From positions 1 through 42,279 of the forward strand of contig JBEKWR010000016.1 in NCBI GenBank assembly GCA_049512935.1: a stretch of DNA of 42,279 nucleotides, in the 5' to 3' direction. Positions within the stretch are counted from its first letter, which is position 1. Every line of letters begins with the position of its first letter. Position numbers and translations under genes: made by a program. The DNA comes from Candidatus Bathyarchaeia archaeon (GTDB lineage Archaea > Thermoproteota > Bathyarchaeia > Bathyarchaeales > Bathycorpusculaceae). Positions 19,731 to 29,180 of this stretch are shown one piece after another. Under the pieces are notes generated by a model. It made no database searches and was not told where the DNA came from. It was given only the letters and a program-made list of their open reading frames with translations.

Positions 19731-20122
19731 ATTTTTCTATATAGAATAAGTTATTCTCTATATACTATTTGCGCATGATAAATAAGGCGAAACAGAGGAC
19801 GGGTTACTTGGAAAAGCCATGCAGAAAAAGAAATCTAAAAAACGTCAAATAGAACGTGAAATTCCATGGTACTTTAACCATGTTTAACGCATGGCTCAGC
19901 TTATTAAAATCGGGGGAGAAAATTGAAGGGAAACACAAGTGGCAAAAAGCAAGCTAAGGCTAAAAACGCTGATCTTATGGATTGGCTTTTAGCAATTGAC
20001 GCATGCTTATCATGACACACCTAAAAGTAGCGTTGAGGAACAGAAAATATGTACGTTAGCATTTACCTCCAAGTGTGCCCTATGAGAAGGGTTATATCTG
20101 AAACTGAATCAATTATTAGGCG

Positions 20123-20800
20123 GTGTTGAGCGTGGAAAGAAAAAGTTACGATTGGTTTGAACAGCGCCGCAAAACCAGAGGATTAGAACTTGCTCACGAT
20201 CAGATAACAAAAGCTTTTGACACGGTTACGTGGCTGCATAAAGCAACCAAGAGTTTTTCAGAAAAGAATTTTAAAGAAGCTCAAAAGTACATTGACAACC
20301 TCTACAAGACTGAGGAAGGCGTTGACTCGCTTAGAACAGACGTTTTCATGGAGTTATCAAAGGGAGCAGCGCTTGTAGCTGATTACCGCGAAGACCTGCT
20401 TCACCTGGTTAAGCGGCTAGACACCTTGGCTGACCACACGAAAGACGCCGCGCGGTGCCTTGAGATGCTTTCAGGCGCAGAAATCCCGCAGGAGCTAAGC
20501 GACAAAACCGTCGTCATGACTGGAAAACTTGTGGATACGGCTCAAACACTGAGAAGCAGCATAGAGAAAATCTCATCGAACCCCACAGAAGCCATCAACG
20601 AAGCGAAGAAGGTCGGCGAATTAGAGCACGCCATCGACGTTGAATATCTCAAGTGCAAGAGTCTATTCGTGAAGTATGGCGAAAGCATAAACTGCGGAGC
20701 CATGGTGATATTCGACGACTTAGTAGAGTTCATTGAACAAGCCGCAGACATGTGCGCTGACACGGCAGACTACATCCTTGTGCTCTCCAGCAGAGAATAA
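20123..20800 (+). CDS. DUF47/PhoU-like phosphate transport regulator
   Basis: Repeated E-x3-D helical motifs (EEGVDSLR, EHAIDVEY), REDLLHLVKRLDTLAD, EQAADMCADTAD. Confidence 0.85.
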   Translation: MLSVERKSYDWFEQRRKTRGLELAHDQITKAFDTVTWLHKATKSFSEKNFKEAQKYIDNLYKTEEGVDSLRTDVFMELSKGAALVADYREDLLHLVKRLDTLADHTKDAARCLEMLSGAEIPQELSDKTVVMTGKLVDTAQTLRSSIEKISSNPTEAINEAKKVGELEHAIDVEYLKCKSLFVKYGESINCGAMVIFDDLVEFIEQAADMCADTADYILVLSSRE

Positions 20801-20862
20801 AACCCAAAAAAAACTCCATTTTAGTTTCGCAATGCTTCAACAGCGAAGCCGCCAAACCACTC

Positions 20863-20915
20863 TTTCCTAGAATTCAAACTTGACCTGATTTTCCTAAAAT
20901 TCAACAGGTTATATA
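20863..20915 (+). promoter_or_regulatory. 15-bp direct repeat directly upstream of a TATA box
   Basis: TTTCCTAGAATTCAA 20863-20877 and TTTCCTAAAATTCAA 20890-20904, then TTATATA 20909-20915. Confidence 0.45.
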
Positions 20916-20945
20916 TTGTTCCCTCGCATGTCAGTGCTTACAAGG

Positions 20946-23366
20946 ATGACAATGAGAAAAAAGAAGTGGATGCTGCTTATCCTAATTCCACTTATCCTCA
21001 TGCCCTGCTGCCTCTCGGCAGTTTCAGGCACCACTGCCAACGCGGGCGCCGACAACTGGGCAATGTTCCGTCAGAACCCAAGCCATACTGGCACTTCAGC
21101 CGATAACAGCCTAGCTAATTCCGCAAGGCTCTTGTGGAATTTCACGACAATGGAGGGAGTCGTGTCTTCCCCTGCGGTGGCTGACGGGTACGTTTTTGTA
21201 GGAGCTAACGAAGGCGCAGTTTACTGCCTGAACTCATCTAGCGGCAAGTTAGTGTGGGGTTTCTTAACTGACGATTTTGTGGGGTCGTCCCCCGCAGTCT
21301 ACGATGGACGGGTTTACTTCGGGTGTTGTAACGGCTACGTGTACACTTTAAACGAGACGAACGGCGGGCAACTCTGGAATTACAGTGTCGGCGGCAGTTT
21401 TGTGCCTGGTCCTGAAAGCGCTTTTTCGTCTCCTACCTGTTTTGACGGCGTCGTCTACATAGGATCGTATGACGGCAATGTGTACGCTTTGAACGACTCA
21501 GACGGCGCGAAGCTCTGGAACTACGACACGGGCAATAGTGTTCAATCGTGTCCCGCCGTCTCGGAAGGCGTCGTCTACGCATCAGCTGGCTTTCTTGTTT
21601 ACGCTTTAAACGCCACTTCAGGAAGCGAGATTTGGAGCCAACACACGGGAAGCACCGTTTCCTCGCCCTGCGTAAACGACGGTTACGTCTATATCGGTTC
21701 ATCCGACGGCTACGCTTGTTGCTTAAACTCTTCCACAGGCGCCTTTATTTGGAAATATCAAACTCAAGATTCCGTGGTGTCTTCCCCAGCTTTAGCTTAC
21801 GGGTGCGTCTACTTCGGCTCCGAAGACAACAACGTTTACTGCTTGAACGCTTATAGTGGCAAAGAAGTTTGGCAGAGCCAAACCGGCTACTGGGTCAAAT
21901 CGTCGCCTGCGGTGGCAGACGGCAACGTCTACGTGGGCTCGGAAGACAACAGCATTTACTGTTTTAACGCTTCCACAGGGGCGAAAGAGTGGAGCTACGA
22001 GACTGGAAACTTTGTGGATTCTTCACCCGCAGTCGCTGACAACACCCTGTACGTCGGCTCCGACGACAACCACGTCTACGCCTTCGCCTTATCCTATTCA
22101 ACCTCGAAAAACGCCGCCTCGCCCAGCAGCGCTCTCCCCTTGAACACGATCGGGTTTGACGCGATTTCGTTTGCCATAATAGCGGTGGCTGCTTTCGCCG
22201 TAGTTCGCTTTGTTCGCCAAACGAGAAGAAGCCGTCGAAGCGCGGAAGCCACGAAGGTTTCTGACGGGAAGGTTTCCTGGTTTTCGGCACATTGGGAAGC
22301 GCTTTGCGTTTTAGCGATCTTGGCTTTTTCACTGATATTCTATGTTAACCTTGGAAGCGGCGTGCTTTGGGTTGCCGATGAGCAGACGTACTCTCAGTGG
22401 GCGTTCCACATGGTTAAGACCGGAGACTACTTGACTCCTTGGGGTAACGGGGGATTACTGCTTTGGATAAGCAAGCCGCCGCTTGGCATATGGCTGATGG
22501 CTCTTTCCTACCAGTTCTTGGGCGTCAGCAACTTTGCAGCGAGGCTTTCCAGCGCCGTGTTCGGCAGCTTGTCGCTGGTGCTGGTGTTCTATTTGGGAAA
22601 GAAACTTTACAATCCAGCCGTGGGCTTTATGTCGGCGCTCATCTTGGGCAGTTTCACGACGTTTTACGAGTTTGCGAGGCGCGCCATGACGGATGTTCCC
22701 TTCGTCTTCTTCGTTTTGGCTAGCGTGTACTTTTTCTTGTTAAGCGACGAGAAAGAAGGTGCCAGCAAGTACGCGGTATTAGGCGGCTTGTTCTTCGGCT
22801 TGGCGTTGATGACAAAGCAGGTTCAAGCGCTCCTGATTCCCCTCATCATCTTCGCATATCTCCTGGCGACGAAGCGAAGTCTTAGGTTTCTCGTTACAAA
22901 ACGGTTCACGCTGCTGTGGGCTGTGGCGCTGCTCATCTTTGGTCCCTGGCTGATTTACATGTGGAGCACCTATGGATCCATTTTCTGGCAAGCCTACTTC
23001 GGCTTCAGCTTTGTCTCTCGCACCGTGACCCCTATTGAGGGGCACGCCCACGGCTACCTCTACTACTTCACAGGTTTTGCCAGCACCGAAAACGTGGCTT
23101 ACGTCGTGCTTACCGCTTTCTCCGCTGTGTTCTGCCTTTTCAACGCGGCGGTTAAACGGGTTAAACAGGACACGTTGGTTCTCGCGTGGATGATTGTTGT
23201 GCTCGCGGTGTTCACTCTTGCCCAGACAAAACTTTACTACTACATTCTGCCAGCGTTCCCGGCGTTCGCCATCGCCATAAGCAGCCTACTGTACCAGACG
23301 GCAAATAAGGGTTACAGCTTTTTGCGCGGCGTCTTCAAAACCAAGAAACAGCAAATTAGACCGTGA
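20946..23366 (+). CDS. Secreted PQQ-like/BamB beta-propeller fused to an ArnT/PMT-like (GT-C) membrane glycosyltransferase
   Basis: Signal peptide; about 8 repeats of V-x-SSPAV-x-DG-x-VY-x-GS-x-D; then WVADEQTY, SKPPLGIW, AARLSSA, AMTDVP, LMTK, KLYYYILPAFPAFAI. Start is 20946 or 20952 given the TATA position. Confidence 0.88.
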   Translation: MTMRKKKWMLLILIPLILMPCCLSAVSGTTANAGADNWAMFRQNPSHTGTSADNSLANSARLLWNFTTMEGVVSSPAVADGYVFVGANEGAVYCLNSSSGKLVWGFLTDDFVGSSPAVYDGRVYFGCCNGYVYTLNETNGGQLWNYSVGGSFVPGPESAFSSPTCFDGVVYIGSYDGNVYALNDSDGAKLWNYDTGNSVQSCPAVSEGVVYASAGFLVYALNATSGSEIWSQHTGSTVSSPCVNDGYVYIGSSDGYACCLNSSTGAFIWKYQTQDSVVSSPALAYGCVYFGSEDNNVYCLNAYSGKEVWQSQTGYWVKSSPAVADGNVYVGSEDNSIYCFNASTGAKEWSYETGNFVDSSPAVADNTLYVGSDDNHVYAFALSYSTSKNAASPSSALPLNTIGFDAISFAIIAVAAFAVVRFVRQTRRSRRSAEATKVSDGKVSWFSAHWEALCVLAILAFSLIFYVNLGSGVLWVADEQTYSQWAFHMVKTGDYLTPWGNGGLLLWISKPPLGIWLMALSYQFLGVSNFAARLSSAVFGSLSLVLVFYLGKKLYNPAVGFMSALILGSFTTFYEFARRAMTDVPFVFFVLASVYFFLLSDEKEGASKYAVLGGLFFGLALMTKQVQALLIPLIIFAYLLATKRSLRFLVTKRFTLLWAVALLIFGPWLIYMWSTYGSIFWQAYFGFSFVSRTVTPIEGHAHGYLYYFTGFASTENVAYVVLTAFSAVFCLFNAAVKRVKQDTLVLAWMIVVLAVFTLAQTKLYYYILPAFPAFAIAISSLLYQTANKGYSFLRGVFKTKKQQIRP

Positions 23367-23428
23367 GATTTTGCGGGCTTGGTTTTGGGTTGCTTTTCCT
23401 GTTTGGGGTTTGAAGCGTTTGTAAGTCA

Positions 23429-23484
23429 CGTCCCTACGCGTCCCTTTCCGACTCCTTCCGACCCTTCCCGTCTCTTTTCGACCC
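23429..23484. repeat. Six CGWCYC motifs at exact 10-bp spacing
   Basis: CGTCCC 23429, CGTCCC 23439, CGACTC 23449, CGACCC 23459, CGTCTC 23469, CGACCC 23479. Confidence 0.7.
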
Positions 23485-23710
23485 GAATTGCCCGCCCGTA
23501 AGCCGCAGTTGTGTTCTAACACTTTTCTGTGACATGCGTCCTCGGCATTCACCAAAAAGGAAGATTCCCTAATGGTCGTAGCAAATGAAAAAGGGAAGAA
23601 GTCTGAAGGGACTGATCTCCAATTGTAATGTTTTAATAATTAAACCTAAAACATCTCAGGTTAAGAGCTCCGCTATCTTCACCTGACCGTCTGAAGAAGA
23701 AGGGGAAAAC

Positions 23711-24949
23711 ATGAAAAAGATGAACCTAAAGCAAGTCTTAACCGTAATTTCCGTTTTCGGCCCCGCAGTCCTCGTCTCAGTAGAACTGTTTGATCCCGCC
23801 AGCATCGTCGCGGCAACGGCGGCGGGCGCAGCAGTTGGCTTTGCAGTATTATGGGCAGCCTTCTACTCAGGCGTCTTGCTGATCGGGATACAAGAGATTA
23901 GCGCTAGGTTGGGAGTTGTCACTGGAAAAACCTTAGCGGAAAACATACATCAAAGGTTTGGACCACGCTATTCACTTCCACTCTTCACGCTTTCGCTGTT
24001 TCTGAACCTCGCCACGCTAACCGCCGAAATAATGGGTCTAAGCCTCGCAGTATCGTTCCTGTTCAAAATAGCCTACCCTTTAGCAATAGCCATATCGATT
24101 CTGCTAAACATTATTCTGGTTTACTTAACTTCATACGACAAATTAGAAAAAATCTTGATAATCTTAGTCACTGCAATCTTCTTATCCTACTTATATTTTC
24201 TCTCCTCGCTCCACGCAAACCTTGGCACGATAGTTTACAATTCGCTGGTTCCTTCACTGAAGGCTAACTCTTTCTACTACGCCGAGGCGATAGTAGGGGC
24301 TTCTATTACACCCACCTACGTCATCCTTCACAGCGGACTAGTTTACGAAAAAGGATGGGCTCATCACCACGAGAAAGGAGTTGAAGACCTAATCAAGGAA
24401 GGCAAATCCGTGAGAAAAGAAAGAGTCGATTCCTTTGTAAGTATCCTAATGGGCACAATTCTCACTATTGTCATAATGGCCAGTGCTGCATTACTGATCG
24501 GGGGCAAATCGGTGGCTAGTTTCGCGGATATAGCAGCCCCTTTCAGCATTAAATTTGGATTAGCGGGAGTGGAAGTCTTCGCAGTCGCCTTTGCCTTCGC
24601 TGGAATATTAGCTGTGGTTACTGTAGGCTTGGGCACAGTTTACTCTGCCTTCGGATTTTTGGGCCTTGAGAGCCAGATTAAGGAAAGAAGGTTCAGGTTC
24701 GTATTCGTCTTGGCGCTCGTAATCTCTGCAATTTTCGCGCTCATACCAAACCAAATTGAAGTAATGGTCTTCACCCAATACTTAAACGGGCTCCTGCTAC
24801 CGTTTATCCTCGTACCTCTCGTAATTATCACCCGAAACAAGGATTTAATGGGCAAATACAAACTCGGAAAAGCTACCTTAGCTTTAGCATTGGCAACGAT
24901 CGTAATAACAACGATTCTCTTCCTCGCAAGCATAGCTTCAATGTTGTAG
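23711..24949 (+). CDS. NRAMP/SLC11-family divalent metal transporter with divergent binding motifs
   Basis: FDPASI, QEISARLGVVTGKTLAENI, AEIMG, GASITPTYVILHS, about 11 TM segments. Confidence 0.85.
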   Translation: MKKMNLKQVLTVISVFGPAVLVSVELFDPASIVAATAAGAAVGFAVLWAAFYSGVLLIGIQEISARLGVVTGKTLAENIHQRFGPRYSLPLFTLSLFLNLATLTAEIMGLSLAVSFLFKIAYPLAIAISILLNIILVYLTSYDKLEKILIILVTAIFLSYLYFLSSLHANLGTIVYNSLVPSLKANSFYYAEAIVGASITPTYVILHSGLVYEKGWAHHHEKGVEDLIKEGKSVRKERVDSFVSILMGTILTIVIMASAALLIGGKSVASFADIAAPFSIKFGLAGVEVFAVAFAFAGILAVVTVGLGTVYSAFGFLGLESQIKERRFRFVFVLALVISAIFALIPNQIEVMVFTQYLNGLLLPFILVPLVIITRNKDLMGKYKLGKATLALALATIVITTILFLASIASML

Positions 24950-25022
24950 AGTTCGACGGATTAGCACTGAAAGAATACATGTTAAGCAAATCCTTGTTTT
25001 TCCTTGGAGAATGCTAAAAGTT

Positions 25023-25101
25023 TGGCGGGCCCGCTGGGATTTGAACCCAGGACCTCCGGCTCCGCAGGCCGGTGTCATAATCCGTACTAGACGACGAGCC
25101 C
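25023..25101 (-). tRNA. tRNA-Arg (anticodon GCG), CCA encoded, no intron
   Basis: GGGCTCG/CGGGCCC acceptor stem, CCGGC-CTGCGGA-GCCGG anticodon arm, CTGGG-TTCAAAT-CCCAG T arm, G-CCA 3' end. Confidence 0.97.
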
Positions 25102-25191
25102 AAGGTTTTTGCGCCCAGAAAACTGGGGCAGAATAGTAAACACTTTGCTTAAACTTAAAAATAGTGGTGAAGCTGAAACGGGTTACGTTGT

Positions 25192-26793
25192 TTATTTGGG
25201 GTAAGTTATTTTGAACTGGGTTCCTTCGCCGACCTTGCTTTCAAAGCTTACAGTTGCGCCCTGCGCTTCCACCAATCGTTTGACAACGGCTAACCCGAAG
25301 CCTTGCCCTTTGGATTTGGTTGTCATCAACGGCTGGAAAAGCTTGGGCTTAAACTCGTCGGGGATGCCAACGCCCGTGTCCCCAACCGTGATGGCTATGC
25401 CGTCGCCTTCAGGTGAAGCTTTGATGGTCAGGGTTCCGCCGCTAGGCATAGCCTGAACAGCGTTAGTAACCAGGTTGACAAGAACCCGTTTGAGAAAAGT
25501 AGAATCTGCCTTTACCTGCAGGTGCCCATCGATTTCCTCAACAACTCTGACGTTGCCTGGGACATTGACTGTTGAGAGCATTTCGGGAATGGCAACGCTG
25601 AGGTCAACTTCCGCCATTTCAGGCTTAAGGACCCTCGCGTAATCTTGCAGGTCAGTTATAATCTTGTTGATGTAATCAACCTGCTCCTGGATGATTCGTA
25701 AACTCTCTCGAACGTCAATCTTAAACTGGGAATCAACTGAATCATCCACTTCTTGATTCATCAAGAACAGTTCCCCAGCGATAGCCTGCAGGGGGTTGCG
25801 TATGTCATGCCCAATCATGCCTGCAGTTTGCCCAATAGCGGCTAAGCGTTCAGCGTTCTGCAACTGCTTTGTCCGCTCCTCCACGATGCGCTCAAGATTT
25901 TTCGCGTAATCCTCAAGTTTTTGTTCTATCTGCCTGCGTTCAGTTACGTCCTGTTCTATACCAACTATCCTCGCGGGTTTGCCGTCTTCCCCGATTTCCC
26001 TGACGATTCGCTCGGAATGGATAGTCCTTACGGAGCCACCGCGCCTGACAATACGGTAATCAAAACTAGCCTTAGAAAGCAGCCTTGCGTTAAACAGCAG
26101 TTGCTCCATCTCTTGGTTAATTTTTTCTCGGTCTTCAGGATAAATATGGGAAACATACTCAGCCGTGTTGGGACCGTACTTTTGCGGTTCTAAGCCAAAA
26201 ATTCGGAACAGCTCGTCAGACCAAATCGCCTTGTCATCTTTAGTATAATACTCCCAGTTGCCCACATGAGCGATTCTCTGCGCCATTTTTAGTCTGTCTT
26301 CGCTTTCCTGAAGCGCCTCTTGAGTTTTAACTCGTTCAGTCACGTCATCGAAAATGGTTACTGCTGCGTTAACTTTGCCTCCATTACCGTAAAGCGGCTT
26401 CGCGCTTACGTTGACAATAAAACGTTTCCCATCGGGGCGCTCGATAATTTCAGGCGAGTTGAGAACGGTCTCTTCATTATATAATGCCCGGTAAGTACAA
26501 AGTTGTTCAGTCGGACAAACTTTACCGTCCAACGTGTAAAACTTCAAAGCCTCAAAATGCTCTACTAATTTTAAGCCGCAAGGGTTTCCGCCGTACAGTT
26601 CAAAAGCCCTTTTGTTCGCAAAAGTCAAGATTCCACCAAACTTTTCCACGACAATCACGGCTGAGGGAATATTATCCAAAATATCTCGAAACCGTTCTGA
26701 CTCCAAAGGTAAAGCGCAAGACGTAGAGATAGAGCTTAAAAGTTCGTCTTCGTCAACACGTTGTTGCCCATTCACTTTTTTTGCTTTCATCAT
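25192..26793 (-). CDS. Cytoplasmic PAS-PAS sensor histidine kinase
   Basis: Two PAS/PAC domains; H-box GHDIRNPL, N-box NLVTNAVQA, DTGVG, GQGFGL; no TM segment. Confidence 0.93.
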   Translation of the reverse strand: MMKAKKVNGQQRVDEDELLSSISTSCALPLESERFRDILDNIPSAVIVVEKFGGILTFANKRAFELYGGNPCGLKLVEHFEALKFYTLDGKVCPTEQLCTYRALYNEETVLNSPEIIERPDGKRFIVNVSAKPLYGNGGKVNAAVTIFDDVTERVKTQEALQESEDRLKMAQRIAHVGNWEYYTKDDKAIWSDELFRIFGLEPQKYGPNTAEYVSHIYPEDREKINQEMEQLLFNARLLSKASFDYRIVRRGGSVRTIHSERIVREIGEDGKPARIVGIEQDVTERRQIEQKLEDYAKNLERIVEERTKQLQNAERLAAIGQTAGMIGHDIRNPLQAIAGELFLMNQEVDDSVDSQFKIDVRESLRIIQEQVDYINKIITDLQDYARVLKPEMAEVDLSVAIPEMLSTVNVPGNVRVVEEIDGHLQVKADSTFLKRVLVNLVTNAVQAMPSGGTLTIKASPEGDGIAITVGDTGVGIPDEFKPKLFQPLMTTKSKGQGFGLAVVKRLVEAQGATVSFESKVGEGTQFKITYPK

Positions 26794-27142
26794 TCGTAGG
26801 TCCTGTTCATTCTCACAGGAAGCCTAGACGACTGCTACCAAATATTATGGCTACATAACAGTTGAGTCTCTTGGCTTTCTATTTATGGCTGACTAATGGT
26901 AATCAAAAAGATACATAAAAAGTCACCGAAAAAGTCAGTTCAAAAGAAACATGCAAAAGCAAGATTGTTCGCTTTCTTGGCCATGATAAAGTCTGCAGAT
27001 TCTTGCATCAGAATTTGATACGCAAAAAATATCAAGCGGACGGGGGGTTGCGGTTGCAGTCCTCTTTTTTTAATCCATCTTGATGTTTAGATTTTTGCGT
27101 AATCCTCTTGATTTGTTGCGTAAGATGTTTGAAGGGATTATG

Positions 27143-28747
27143 TTAGTTTTTGCTAACTGCCCTTTTTAGAGCGGCGATAACATTTTGTTTGCCCATCGCA
27201 AGCACATATGGACCCAAACGTGGACCCTGCGGCGCACCCATAAGAACGCGGTACAGAGTCTTAAAGAAGCTACCTGGGGACACGTTGTTGTTTTTTGCCG
27301 CGTTAAAGATGGCGTTTTGGATTTTGTCTGGGTCATCTTCAGTTTCAAGTTTAGCGACAAGCTCGGTTATCGCGTTTTTCTCTTCCTCTGTCAGGTTTAC
27401 TTCTGTTTCGGTTATTTCTTCAAAGTCCCTTATCCAATTCAAAGCGTACTCAACGCGCCGCTTCAAGTTAGCGTCTAAGGCTTGACCCTTCGGAAGGTAA
27501 CCGTAGCTTTGAAGCTTCTCAGCCACGTAGTCTTCCAAGCATTCCTTAGGCGCCATCTTGACAAGAAACGCCATCAAGTTGTAAGGCACATGAACGCTTA
27601 ACTTGGCAGGCGGCTTCGCAACGCAGCAGTACTCAAACAAGCCCCTAAGCCTAACAGCCTCTTTTTCGCCAGCTTGCTTTTTGCCGAAGTAAACGTCTTC
27701 TAGGAAGTCAAGCTCGTTCATGTAAGCGGGAATATCCGACACATCCAAAGTTCGAGTGCCGACAAACCGCTTTAGCATGAGCAAGAGAAGCGATTGGGGG
27801 GAACCGTAATGGAACCACACCTGAGGCGTAAACACGTTGCCCGCCGACTTGGAGATTTTTTTTCCTCCTTTATCCAGAAACATCTCGTACCTCGCGTGTG
27901 AAGGCGGCTCAAAACAGAGGACTTCGCGGCAGATTCTATCGTTGATTTTGACTGAGTCAGCGATGTCTTTTCCGTAGGCTTCAAACCGAATGTCCAACGC
28001 TTTCCAGCGGGCGGCAAACTCGCCTTTCCAAGTTAGTTTTCCCTCGCCTCGGGTGATGTCTGCTTCGCCCTCGTGCCCGCAGCCCTTGATGAGCTTGCCA
28101 CGGATTTCGAGACCTTCGCATTTGTAATGGACTTTGTCAGTTTTAGGGTCAAACGAGTAAGCCCGTGTCGTGTAGATGCGCCCACATTTTTCGCAGACGG
28201 CAAAGAAGGGCAAAACTTCAGTGTATGTTTCTTGGCCGACCTCTTCCTTAACTATTTGACCGACTTTTTTGGCGTTAGTGAGGATGACTCGGATTTCGTC
28301 AAGAAGCAGTCCTTTTTCATAAACTTCCTTCGCTGAATAGTAGCAGTATTCTATTCCGCATCTGTCCAGAGACTCGAGAAGAAGGGAACTCATGTGTTTG
28401 CCGTAGCTTTCATGGCAGCTGAACGGGTCAGGAATACTTGAAACTGGGAACCCAAGGTACTTTTCTAATCCTGCATCCGTTAACCCCGCGGGAACTTTCC
28501 GCAAACCGTCTTTGTCGTCACAGTAAGCGATGAGTTCTGAATTGACTTCTTGATTCTTCAGTGCAAGGGTAACTGTGTATGAGCGCGCGGCGTCGCCTAA
28601 GCTGCCGATGTGCGGGAACCCTGAAGCGCCAAGACCCATCTCCGTTCTAAGTTTGCCCATGCTTCTACCAAGCTCTCGTTCACGGTCGACCACTTTCTTA
28701 GCCATCATGTCATACCATGTGCCGCGCCCGATTGTTTCTTCACTCAT
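27143..28747 (-). CDS. lysS: Lysine--tRNA ligase, class I
   Basis: SGFPHIGS (HIGH-like), KKISKSAGN (KMSKS-like), FEAYGKD, QGPRLGP; start at MSEETIG (28747). Confidence 0.96.
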   Translation of the reverse strand: MSEETIGRGTWYDMMAKKVVDRERELGRSMGKLRTEMGLGASGFPHIGSLGDAARSYTVTLALKNQEVNSELIAYCDDKDGLRKVPAGLTDAGLEKYLGFPVSSIPDPFSCHESYGKHMSSLLLESLDRCGIEYCYYSAKEVYEKGLLLDEIRVILTNAKKVGQIVKEEVGQETYTEVLPFFAVCEKCGRIYTTRAYSFDPKTDKVHYKCEGLEIRGKLIKGCGHEGEADITRGEGKLTWKGEFAARWKALDIRFEAYGKDIADSVKINDRICREVLCFEPPSHARYEMFLDKGGKKISKSAGNVFTPQVWFHYGSPQSLLLLMLKRFVGTRTLDVSDIPAYMNELDFLEDVYFGKKQAGEKEAVRLRGLFEYCCVAKPPAKLSVHVPYNLMAFLVKMAPKECLEDYVAEKLQSYGYLPKGQALDANLKRRVEYALNWIRDFEEITETEVNLTEEEKNAITELVAKLETEDDPDKIQNAIFNAAKNNNVSPGSFFKTLYRVLMGAPQGPRLGPYVLAMGKQNVIAALKRAVSKN

Positions 28748-28814
28748 AACATTGAGCCTTCTGCCATTGTGACTACACAAAGGGGTAGAAAAATGTTTAG
28801 AGCCGAAAAATGGC

Positions 28815-29180
28815 TCAAGGCTGGCTCAAGGCTGGCTTGCTTCTACGCATGGCTGAAGCGATGGCTATGACGCCGAGGGCAAGTAGCAGTATGGCTACCG
28901 TGTAAATCCAACTGTAGCCCCAGACGAACCATGCGACGCCCACAGCCATAAGAAGCACACCCATTTGAACGGTGCTGTATGGTGAGCGCTCGTACTTTTG
29001 AGGGCTTTGGGCTCTCATCGCCGCGAGTACCAGCATCCAGACGCCGAACAGAACGATGATTAATTGTAGAACGTTCCACCAATTTTTAACCACGCCCAGC
29101 GGGTTTAGCAGTATGGCTACTACTATGATTATGAAGAAAACGCCGATGGTTAGCAGCTGGCGCCTGCCGCTGTCAGACAT
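28815..29180 (-). CDS. Small 4-TM membrane protein
   Basis: Four hydrophobic segments; ATG directly follows the SPFH gene stop. Confidence 0.85.
   Translation of the reverse strand: MSDSGRRQLLTIGVFFIIIVVAILLNPLGVVKNWWNVLQLIIVLFGVWMLVLAAMRAQSPQKYERSPYSTVQMGVLLMAVGVAWFVWGYSWIYTVAILLLALGVIAIASAMRRSKPALSQP

Noticed and set aside
21150-22090. Regular ~120-bp repeats resembling an array
   Set aside because: Coding repeats of the beta-propeller blades. No CRISPR array was seen anywhere in the window.
25023-25060. tRNA-Arg 3' end as an integration site
   Set aside because: I found no duplicated tRNA fragment or adjacent integrase in the window.
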